From Nemertoderma westbladi (lineage: Eukaryota > Animalia > Xenacoelomorpha), in NCBI GenBank assembly GCA_032718475.1, contig JAUCBJ010002363.1, forward strand, positions 1 through 36,568: a DNA stretch of 36,568 nucleotides. The letters run 5' to 3'. Under the pieces are notes generated by a model that was not told where the DNA came from, made no database searches, and saw only the letters and a list, made by a program, of their open reading frames with translations. Shown in pieces: positions 23,801 to 33,649 of the stretch (position 1 is the first letter of the stretch; every line of letters starts with the position of its first letter). A program made the translations under genes and the position numbers.

Positions 23801-25555
23801 AGCAGAGAGCAGCTACTGCATTAGTGTAGCAGAGAGCAGCTACTGCATTAGTGTAGCAGAGAGCAGCTACTGCATTAGTGTAGCAGAGAGCAGCTACTGC
23901 ATTAGTGTAGCAGAGAGCAGCTACTGCATTAGTGTAGCAGAGAGCAGCTACTGCATTAGTGTAGCAGAGAGCAGCTACTGCATTAGTGTAGCAGAGAGCA
24001 GCTACTGCATTAGTGTAGCAGAGAGCAGCTACTGCATTAGTGTAGCAGAGAGCAGCTACTGCATTAGTGTAGCAGAGAGCAGCTACTGCATTAGTGTAGC
24101 AGAGAGCAGCTACTGCATTAGTGAAGCAGAGAGCAGCTACTGCATTAGTGTAGCAGAGAGCAGCTACTGCATTAGTGTAGCAGAGAGCAGCTACTGCATT
24201 GGTGTAGCAGAGAGCAGCTACTGCATTAGTGTAGCAGAGAGCAGCTACTGCATTAGTGTAGCAGAGAGCAGCTACTGCATTAGTGTAGCAGAGAGCAGCT
24301 ACTGCATTAGTGTAGCAGAGAGCAGCTACTGCATTAGTGTAGCAGAGAGCAGCTACTGCATTAGTGTAGCAGAGAGCAGCTACTGCATTAGTGTAGCAGA
24401 GAGCAGCTACTGCATTAGTGTAGCAGAGAGCAGCTACTGCATTAGTGTAGCAGAGAGCAGCTACTGCATTAGTGTAGCAGAGAGCAGCTACTGCATTAGT
24501 GAAGCAGAGAGCAGCTACTGCATTAGTGTAGCAGAGAGCAGCTACTGCATTAGTGTAGCAGAGAGCAGCTACTGCATTAGTGTAGCAGAGAGCAGCTACT
24601 GCATTAGTGTAGCAGAGAGCAGCTACTGCATTAGTGTAGCAGAGAGCAGCTACTGCATTAGTGTAGCAGAGAGCAGCTACTGCATTAGTGAAGCAGAGAG
24701 CAGCTACTGCATTAGTGTAGCAGAGAGCAGCTACTGCATTAGTGTAGCAGAGAGCAGCTACTGCATTAGTGTAGCAGAGAGCAGCTACTGCATTAGTGTA
24801 GCAGAGAGCAGCTACTGCATTAGTGTAGCAGAGAGCAGCTACTGCATTAGTGTAGCAGAGAGCAGCTACTGCATTAGTGTAGCAGAGAGCAGCTACTGCA
24901 TTAGTGTAGCAGAGAGCAGCTACTGCATTAGTGTAGCAGAGAGCAGCTACTGAATTAGTGTAGCAGAGAGCAGCTACTGCATTAGTGTAGCAGAGAGCAG
25001 CTACTGCATTAGTGTAGCAGAGAGCAGCTACTGCATTAGTGTAGCAGAGAGCAGCTACTGCATTAGTGAAGCAGAGAGCAGCTACTGCATTAGTGTAGCA
25101 GAGAGCAGCTACTGCATTAGTGTAGCAGAGAGCAGCTACTGCATTAGTGTAGCAGAGAGCAGCTACTGCATTAGTGTAGCAGAGAGCAGCTACTGCATTA
25201 GTGTAGCAGAGAGCAGCTACTGCATTAGTGTAGCAGAGAGCAGCTACTGCATTAGTGTAGCAGAGAGCAGCTACTGCATTAGTGTAGCAGAGAGCAGCTA
25301 CTGCATTAGTGTAGCAGAGAGCAGCTACTGCATTAGTGTAGCAGAGAGCAGCTACTGCATTAGTGTAGCAGAGAGCAGCTACTGCATTAGTGTAGCAGAG
25401 AGCAGCTACTGCATTAGTGTAGCAGAGAGCAGCTACTGCATTAGTGTAGCAGAGAGCAGCTACTGCATTAGTGTAGCAGAGAGCAGCTACTGCATTAGTG
25501 TAGCAGAGAGCAGCTACTGCATTAGTGTAGCAGAGAGCAGCTACTGCATTAGTGT
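23801..25555. repeat. 27-bp near-perfect tandem array, 65 copies
   Basis: Unit AGCAGAGAGCAGCTACTGCATTAGTGT with only a handful of substitutions. Confidence 0.98.
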
Positions 25556-25762
25556 GTGAACCTGTAGATCTTGTTCGCGGTATTTCATCTTTTCATAACG
25601 CGAGTTGAATATTTTTCGGATTTATTTATAATGAATATTCCAATATCAGTACTAAGTGCAGGAACATGGTACTTGGGTATATTCAATGGACTGGGGCGAT
25701 CTACGGGCGAATATTGGGGCGACTTACGGGGCACGGGACTCATATCAGATATTTAAGGGCCA

Positions 25763-26363
25763 TCTGGTGACATCCAATAATCACTGAACCTCTGGTGACA
25801 TCCAATAATCACTGAACCTCTGGTACTATAGATAGTGACATCCAATAATCACTGAGTGACATCCAATAATCACTGAACCTCTGGTACTATAGGTAGTGAC
25901 ATCAAATAATCACTGAACCTCTGGTACTATAGATAGTGACATCCAATAATCACTGAACCTATGGTATTATAGATAGTGACATCCAATAATCACTGAGTGA
26001 CATCCAATAATCACTGAACCTCTGCTGGTGACATCCAATAATCACTAAACATCTGGTACTATAGATAGTGACATCAAATAATCACTGAACCTCTGGTACT
26101 ATAGATAGTGACATCCAATAATCACTGAACCTCTGGTACTATAGATAGTGACATCCAATAATCACTGAACCTCTGGTACTATAGGTAGTGACATCCAATA
26201 ATCACTGAACCTCTGGTACTATAGATAGTGACATCCAATAATCACTGAACCTCTGGTACTATAGATAGTGACATCCAATAATCACTGAGTGACATCCAAT
26301 AATCACTGAACCTCTGGTACTATAGGTAGTGACATCAAATAATCACTGAACCTCTGGTACTAT
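25763..26363 (+). repeat. 40-bp tandem array with 28- and 21-bp short variants; left arm of an inverted pair
   Basis: Unit GTGACATCCAATAATCACTGAACCTCTGGTACTATAGATA. Confidence 0.95.
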
Positions 26364-26914
26364 TTCACTTGAATATTATTACACTCTATGTATTTATGTC
26401 CAAAACATTTATGAGTTTGGTTTATATAAGTTTAGTACAATAAAATCGGTGTCAATCATTTTAATAATGATAAATCTAATAATAGTTATTTAACTTATGC
26501 AGTTTTGTTTATTTAGTACCTGTGGTACAAAATTACAAGCAAATAGTGCTAACAGCGGTACAACAGCTGTACAGCATACAGATCTGTTGTCGTTATTCCC
26601 GACACCATGGGGAAAAACGCCGATGCTGGAGGCGGAATTTTCAGACCACGGGATTCCGGCCAGTCACCGGATATTGGGAGTGGAGAAGGAGACCTTTCTT
26701 AGATGCAAGATTGCAGTTGAAAAAAAGTTGCATTGGTTGGAAATAATCTTTAATGTAACTAAACTCTGAATGAATCCTGATTGAGAATAATTTGGGCTTC
26801 CCCACGCCAATATACACCAAATATTTACAATAATATACGAACATATAAATTCCTACAGTACATTAATTAATTACCCACTGTTCACTTTTAGATTTTAACC
26901 TAACTAATGATCCC

Positions 26915-27725
26915 CATTTCCCTCGGTCCTAGCCCCGGTGCCGTAGTGTCGGTGTCGGTCGACCCTGTTGCGTGTCCGTCCCACCCTTCCCGAACCCCAA
27001 AGGGATCGGTCATCAGGAAAGCAGTACGGCTTGGCTAAGGGTCGGTCAAGTCGGTAGACCCGGTTGCGTGTCCGTCCCACCCTTCCCAAACCCCGAAGGG
27101 ATCGGTCATCAGAAAAGCTGTACGGCTTGGCTAGGGGTCTGTCGGTTCATCGCAGGGTCCCAACCACCTAGGCTTTCCGAATCCTTTTCAGGCTCGAAGT
27201 CGCTTCGGTAGCCGAGAAGCTGCTCTGAATAGTCGGTAGGCCAGTAGAGTCCAGTCCTTTGTCTTTCGACCCAGTTGCGTGTCCGTCCCACCCTTCCCGA
27301 ACCCCGAAGGGATCGGTCATCAGGAAAGTGGTACGGCTTGGCAAGGGGTCTGTCAGCCCGTTGTGAGTCCCAACTGTCGGTAGATTTCCGAATCCTTTTC
27401 AGGCTCGTAATAACGCTGGTCGTGGAATCCACTCCAGGAAGGCAGTCCTCGTCGAACCCTCGATCCGTCGCAAGTCCCCGGCGTAGTCAGCAAGCTTTCC
27501 AAATCCCTTTCAGGCTCGTAATAACTGCCAGTGACCGGGGACCGCTAAGGATCTGTCTGTCGGTTCCCGTCGCAAATTCCTGACGCAATCAGCAGACTTT
27601 CCGATGTCCTTTTCAGGCTCGTAATAACTGCTGTTGGCCAGGAACCGCTAAGGGCAGTCCTTGTCCCTAGGCCTAGCGAGTTACCAAATCCACCTCTACA
27701 GGCAGCAGGAAGTTGGCTAGGCCTA
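26915..27725. repeat. GC-rich modular segment with dispersed internal repeats; probable transposable-element fragment
   Basis: Three copies of GTTGCGTGTCCGTCCCACCCTTCCC...GGGATCGGTCATCAG (about 26967, 27063, 27274) and four of TTTCCGAATCCTTTTCAGGCTCG (about 27174, 27385, 27496, 27598). The TE origin is inference. Confidence 0.5.
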
Positions 27726-27774
27726 ATTAGTATCAGGCAAACCTGAGTACTACTTGATTTTACCTCCCACCCTT

Positions 27775-29507
27775 AGAGGTTCAGTGATTATTGGATGTCA
27801 CTATCTATAGTACCAGAGGTTCAGTGATTATTGGATGTCACTATCTATAGTACCAGAGGTTCAGTGATTATTGGATGTCACTATCTATAGTACCAGAGGT
27901 TCAGTGATTATTGGATGTCACTATCTATAGTACCAGAGGTTCAGTGATTATTGGATGTCACTATCTATAGTACCAGATGTTTAGTGATTATTGGATGTCA
28001 CCAGAGGTTCAGTGATTATTGGATGTCACTATCTATAGTACCAGAGGTTCAGTGATTATTGGATGTCACTATCTATAGTACCAGAGGTTCAGTGATTATT
28101 GGATGTCACTACCTATAGTACCAGAGGTTCAGTGATTAATGGATGTCACTATCTATAGTACCAGATGTTTAGTGATTATTGGATGTCACTATCTATAGTA
28201 CCAGAGGTTCAGTGATTATTTGATGTCACTACCTATAGTACCAGAGGTTCAGTGATTATTGGATGTCACTCAGTGATTATTGGATGTCGCTATCTATAGT
28301 ACCAGGGGTTCAGTGATTATTGGATGTCACTATCTATAGTACCAGAGGTTCAGTGATTATTGGATGTCACTATCTATAGTACCAGAGGTTCAGTGATTAT
28401 TGGATGTCACTATCTATAGTACCAGAGGTTCAGTTCAGTGATTATTTGATGTCACTACCTATAGTACCAGAGGTTCAGTGATTATTGGATGTCACTCAGT
28501 GATTATTGGATGTCACTATCTATAGTACCAGGGGTTCAGTGATTATTGGATGTCACTATCTATAGTACCAGAGGTTCAGTGATTATTGGATGTCACTATC
28601 TATAGTACCAGAGGTTCAGTGATTATTGGATGTCACTATCTATAGTACCAGAGGTTCAGTGATTATTGGATGTCACTATCTATAGTACCAGGGGTTCAGT
28701 GATTATTGGATGTCACTATCTATAGTACCAGAGGTTCAGTGATTATTGGATGTCACTCAGTGATTATTGGATGTCACTATCTATAGTACCAGAGGTTCAG
28801 TGATTATTTGATGTCACTATCTATAGTACCAGAGGTTCAGTGATTATTGGATGTCACTCAGTGATTATTGGATGTCACTCAGTGATTATTGGATGTCACT
28901 ATCTATAGTACCAGAGGTTCAGTGATTATTGGATGTCACTCAGTGATTATTGGATGTCACTCAGTGATTATTGGATGTCACTCAGTGATTATTGGATGTC
29001 ACTATCTATAGTACCAGAGGTTCAGTGATTATTGGATGTCACTCAGTGATTATTGGATGTCACTACCTATAGTACCAGAGGTTCAGTGATTATTGGATGT
29101 CACTATCTATAGTACCAGAGGTTCAGTGATTATTGGATGTCACTATCTATAGTACCAGAGGTTCAGTGATTATTGGATGTCACTATCTATAGTACCAGAG
29201 GTTCAGTGATTATTGGATGTCACTATCTATAGTACCAGATGTTTAGTGATTATTGGATGTCACCAGAGGTTCAGTGATTATTGGATGTCACTATCTATAG
29301 TACCAGAGGTTCAGTGATTATTGGATGTCACTATCTATAGTACCAGGGGTTCAGTGATTATTGGATGTCACTATCTATAGTACCAGAGGTTCAGTGATTA
29401 TTGGATGTCACTATCTATAGTACCAGAGGTTCAGTGATTAATGGATGTCACTATCTATAGTACCAGAGGTTCAGTGATTATTGGATGTCACCAGAGGTTC
29501 AGTGATT
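27775..29507 (-). repeat. The same 40-bp array in reverse orientation; right arm of the inverted pair
   Basis: Unit AGAGGTTCAGTGATTATTGGATGTCACTATCTATAGTACC is the reverse complement of the 25763-26363 unit and shows the same short variants. Confidence 0.96.
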
Positions 29508-29565
29508 GCCTACAGTTAATTTATTTAGCTAATAATTAATAGATTTTCCGAATATTTTATCTCAG

Positions 29566-29741
29566 GGGTCAATAAAAGACTCCCCTGTTGGGGATTTCCT
29601 GGAGTCACAGTTAGATGGCGCTGTAAATTTGGATGATATTGCGGGAAGTTTCGGAGACTTGAAAGGCTCGCAGATGTTCGGCCAAGTCAAAGATATTGTC
29701 GATGTTTTGGTACAAGCGTTGGATTGCGTTAACTTAGACCG
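29566..29741 (+). CDS. ABCA-family transporter, exon g (not in the ORF track)
   Basis: ttttatctcag|ggg to gac cg|gttggt, phase 0/2. GSIKDSPVGDFLESQ...VQALDCVNLDR matches ABCA1 MECVNLNK (recalled). Confidence 0.92.
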
Positions 29742-29902
29742 GTTGGTAGTTAGTTAGGTCAGGGTCCTAGGGTTGGTAAACAAGTTATCTATATCACATT
29801 TTACCAAATCCAGTGTCTAAATTTATTCCCCTTCCAAGTCATCATTCAAATATTTAACATCAATTTCCACTTCTTAAGTTTTCGATTTGTATCTTTTTAT
29901 AG

Positions 29903-29979
29903 ATTCCAAGGGCTTCCCTCTGAGAAAGATATGGAAATAGAAAGCAAAATATTGAGGAAAAATAAACAGCTGTTAGGAG
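29903..29979 (+). CDS. ABCA-family transporter, exon h (not in the ORF track)
   Basis: ctttttatag|a ttc to gga g|gtgagt, phase 2/1. Encodes FQGLPSEKDMEIESKILRKNKQLLG. Confidence 0.92.
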
Positions 29980-31976
29980 GTGAGTAAACATGTTAGTAGG
30001 AGAGTACACAGCTGTTAGTAGGAGAGTACACAGCTGTTAGTAGGAGAGTAAACATGTTATTAGGAGAGTAAACAGCTGTTAGTAGAGGACTATACAGCTG
30101 TTAGTAGGGGAGTAAACAGCTGTTAAGAGGTAAGTAAACAGCTGTTAGGAGGTAAGTAAACAGCTGTTAGGAGATAAGTAAACAGTCGTTAGGGGGTAAG
30201 TAAACAGCTGTTAGGGGGTAAGTAAACAGCTGTTAGGAGGTAAGCAAACAGCTGTTACGAGGTAAGTACACAGCTGTTAGGAGGTAAGTAAACAGCTGTT
30301 AGGAGGTAAGTAAACAGCTGTTAGGAGATAAGTACACAGCTGTTAGGAGGTAAGTACACAGCTGTTAGGAGGTAAGTAAACAGCTGTTAGGGGGTGAGTA
30401 AACATATGTTAGGATGTGAGTAAACAGCTGTTAGGGGGTGAGTAAACAGCTGTTAGGGGGTGAGTAAACAGCTGTTAGGGGGTGAGTAAACAGCTGTTAG
30501 GGGGTGAGTAAACATATGTTAGGAGGTGAGTAAACAGCTGTTAGGGGGTGAGTAAACAGCTGTTAGGGGGTGAGTAAACAGCTGTTAGGGGATGAGTAAA
30601 CATATGTTAGGATGTGAGTAAACAGCTGTTAGGGGGTGAGTAAACAGCTGTTAGGGGGTGAGTAAACAGCTGTTAGGGGGTGAGTAAACAGCTGTTAGGG
30701 GGTGAGTAAACAGCTGTTAGGGGGTGAGTAAACATATGTTAGGAGGTGAGTAAACAGCTGTTAGGGGGTGAGTAAACAGCTGTTAGGGGGTGAGTAAACA
30801 GCTGTTAGGGGATGAGTAAACATATGTTAGGATGTGAGTAAACAGCTGTTAGGGGGTGAGTAAACAGCTGTTAGGGGGTGAGTAAACAGCTGTTAGGGGG
30901 TGAGTAAACAGCTGTTAGGGGGTGAGTAAACAGCTGTTAGGGGGTGAGTAAACATATGTTAGGAGGTGAGTAAACAGCTGTTAGGGGTGAGTAAACATAT
31001 GTTAGGATGTGAGTAAACAGCTGTTAGGGGGTGTGTAAACAGCTGTTAGGGGGTGAGTAAACATATGTTAGGAGGTGAGTAAACAGCTGTTAGGGGGTGA
31101 GTAAACATATGTTAGGATGTGAGTAAACAGCTGTTAGGGGTTGAGTAAACAGCTGTTAGGGGGTGAGTAAACATATGTTAGGAGGTGAGTAAACAGCTGT
31201 TAGGGGGTGAGTAAACAGCTGTTAGGGGGTGATTAAACAGCTGTTAGGGGATGAGTAAACATATGTTAGGATGTGAGTAAACAGCTGTTAGGGGGTGAGT
31301 AAACAGCTGTTATGGGGTGAGTAAACAGCTGTTAGGGGGTGAGTAAACAGCTGTTAGGGGTGAGTAAACAGCTGTTAGGGGGTGAGTAAACATATGTTAG
31401 GAGGTGAGTAAACAGCTGTTAGGGGGTGAGTAAACATATGTTAGGATGTGAGTAAACAGCTGTTAGGGGGTGAGTAAACAGCTGTTAGGGGGTGAGTAAA
31501 CATATGTTAGGAGGTGAGTAAACAGCTGTTAGGGGGTGAGTAAACATATGTTAGGATGTGAGTAAACAGCTGTTAGGGGGTGAGTAAACAGCTGTTAGGG
31601 GGTGAGTAAACATATGTTAGGAGGTGAGTAAACAGCTGTTAGGGGGTGAGTAAACAGCTGTTAGGGGGTGATTAAACAGCTGTTAGGGGATGAGTAAACA
31701 TATGTTAGGATGTGAGTAAACAGCTGTTAGGGGGTGAGTAAACAGCTGTTATGGGGTGAGTAAACAGCTGTTAGGGGGTGAGTAAACAGCTGTTAGGGGT
31801 GAGTAAACAGCTGTTAGGGGGTGAGTAAACATATGTTAGGAGGTGAGTAAACAGCTGTTAGGGGGTGAGTAAACATATGTTAGGATGCGAGTAAACAGCT
31901 GTTAGGGGGTGAGTAAACAGCTGTTAGGGGGTGAGTAAACAGCTGTTAGGGGGTGAGTAAACAGGTTAGGGGGTGT
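29963..31976 (+). repeat. 22-bp tandem array, about 91 copies; unit is the last 17 nt of exon h plus the GTGAG donor
   Basis: Unit TAAACAGCTGTTAGG(A/G)G|GT(G/A)AG. The first copy is the real junction. Confidence 0.96.
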
Positions 31977-32035
31977 GTACTACGACTACTGCTGACCGTG
32001 TGCTGCATTATATATATATTTATATTACATATATA

Positions 32036-32342
32036 TTAAGAATGCTGTACCGGAGCGTCGGCAAAATTGCGCCGCCACAACTCCCTATCACCCATGATAT
32101 TTGCTAGATCATCCGCATCTTCAAGCCCAGTGTCCTTTAAGATGCGTCTCAAGTCCACCATGCTTATTCACTCCATGAGGTTGCCAAAGTACAAGATTAT
32201 GCACCATCTGGTCCTCACGGCGAAAGCAATGTCCTGCAAAGCGGAGGCGATTTTGTTCTAGTGTCAAGCTTGGGGGAACCAATGAGATACCTCAAATGTT
32301 ATATAGTGTCTGGTTGGAGATGTGTGCATTGTACTTGACACA
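32036..32342 (-). mobile_element. Degenerate 3' fragment of a second RTE-like LINE family
   Basis: Manual minus-strand translation gives VKYNAHISNQTLYNI*GISLVPPSLTLEQNRLRFAGHCFRREDQMVHNLVLWQPHG, then after a frameshift RILKDTGLEDADDLANIMGDRELWRRNF...HS*. This is collinear with the C-terminus of the 17110-19358 element. Confidence 0.8.
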
Positions 32343-32420
32343 ATGACACAATTTTAATATTTAAAAAAAATTAAATATAATAACTAATTAGTTTTAATTG
32401 AATCGATTATTTTTGTCAAG

Positions 32421-32526
32421 GAATTGTGTTTCTCAACGGGAATTCAACAGAGTTACCGAAACATATCAAATACAAGATCCGTCTAGACCCTGATCTAACG
32501 ACCCGAACTGATAGACTAAAACCCAT
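32421..32526 (+). CDS. ABCA-family transporter, exon i (not in the ORF track)
   Basis: tttttgtcaag|ga att to ccc at|gtaagt, phase 1/2. GIVFLNGNSTELPKHIKYKIRLDPDLTTRTDRLKP matches ABCA1 GIVF...[24 protein letters not shown] (recalled). Confidence 0.94.
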
Positions 32527-33649
32527 GTAAGTTCAATTAATTATTATTAATTAGTTGAATTAATTAATTTAGTTGAACACATTTGTATGATTTATTAGTT
32601 TCATTTAATTTACTTTCAAGATATTCAAATATTTTAAATATATCACGAATATACATTCATTGAAAATAAAAAAAATATTGCTTCTTCTCGAATTTTTTTA
32701 AGAACACATTATATTGTTTACATAATTTTCGTTATATAAAGTAGCGTTTTATTTTCAAACAAAGACTTTTTCTATTTATATTACAAAAATATAACTTTTT
32801 TACCACTTTCTATAGTTTCCGTTTTTCCTCACTTCGACTTCGTACTAACAGATTATTGATAGATGGTTATTGTCTTAGAACAATTTCATGACGAACATTA
32901 ACGAGAGAAAGCCGCCCCAATATTAGATTATTACAACAACATATCCATTGGGTAAGAAAGTGGAGGAGAGCCAGCCCGTCTCTTAATTTTTTACTTTATA
33001 TTACGCGATCAATTTTCACTCATCTCGTCATGAACCCAACATGTATGTAACCTTTTGTTAAATTTGTTGGCTATGCGTTTGCGGTTGTTTGGGCGGAGTG
33101 TGGTAGGCCTACACTTTTCACACTTAAATATTTTGGTTGTGAAATGTTACAGGGCATAGCGATCTGAGATATTTCATTTATATTTTATTATGAGAGGAAG
33201 AAGAACATACAACGTTATTTACTATGTAACAAAATAATTGTTTTCGGGTTTAACTTGGAAGCCTCCCCAAATAGTTGATATACAATTATATTTAAAATTA
33301 TTTCCATGGTCATGGTCATTCACCCGTCTTTAGTTAGAAATTTGTTTGCATGAAAGACAGTTTAGTTTAGTTTTTACTGATTTATTATCTCTTATCTGAC
33401 TGGGGTAATAATAAAGGATAGGATAAATGGAAGCAAAGTGTGACAGTAACAAATATTTCCCCGTCACCCTAGCATGTCTTAAGTATATGATATATCAAAG
33501 GGGAAGTTTGGATTCACTGCATAAATGCAGTTCACCAAACTTCCCCCGAATGCACACTGTAACTTCCACCTTCCCCCAAATATCCACTGTTGAATTAATT
33601 TGAAGCGATATAATAAGTACAAAATTGTGCGAGTTTTTAATTGTGTGGT

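Noticed and set aside
26497-26769. 90-aa ORF as an additional exon
   Set aside because: The best acceptor (tttatttag) read in phase 0 hits a stop within 10 codons, and exons f and g already join in frame.
6059-32526. A specific gene symbol such as ABCA1, ABCA12 or ABCA13
   Set aside because: The subfamily is clear from motifs, but orthology needs the TM and NBD regions and a phylogeny.
32863-32951. Candidate next exon ending at tgg|gtaaga
   Set aside because: Both nearby AGs give stops in the required phase, and the expected ABCA W-x-P-G-P-like motif is absent. The next exon is probably beyond the window.
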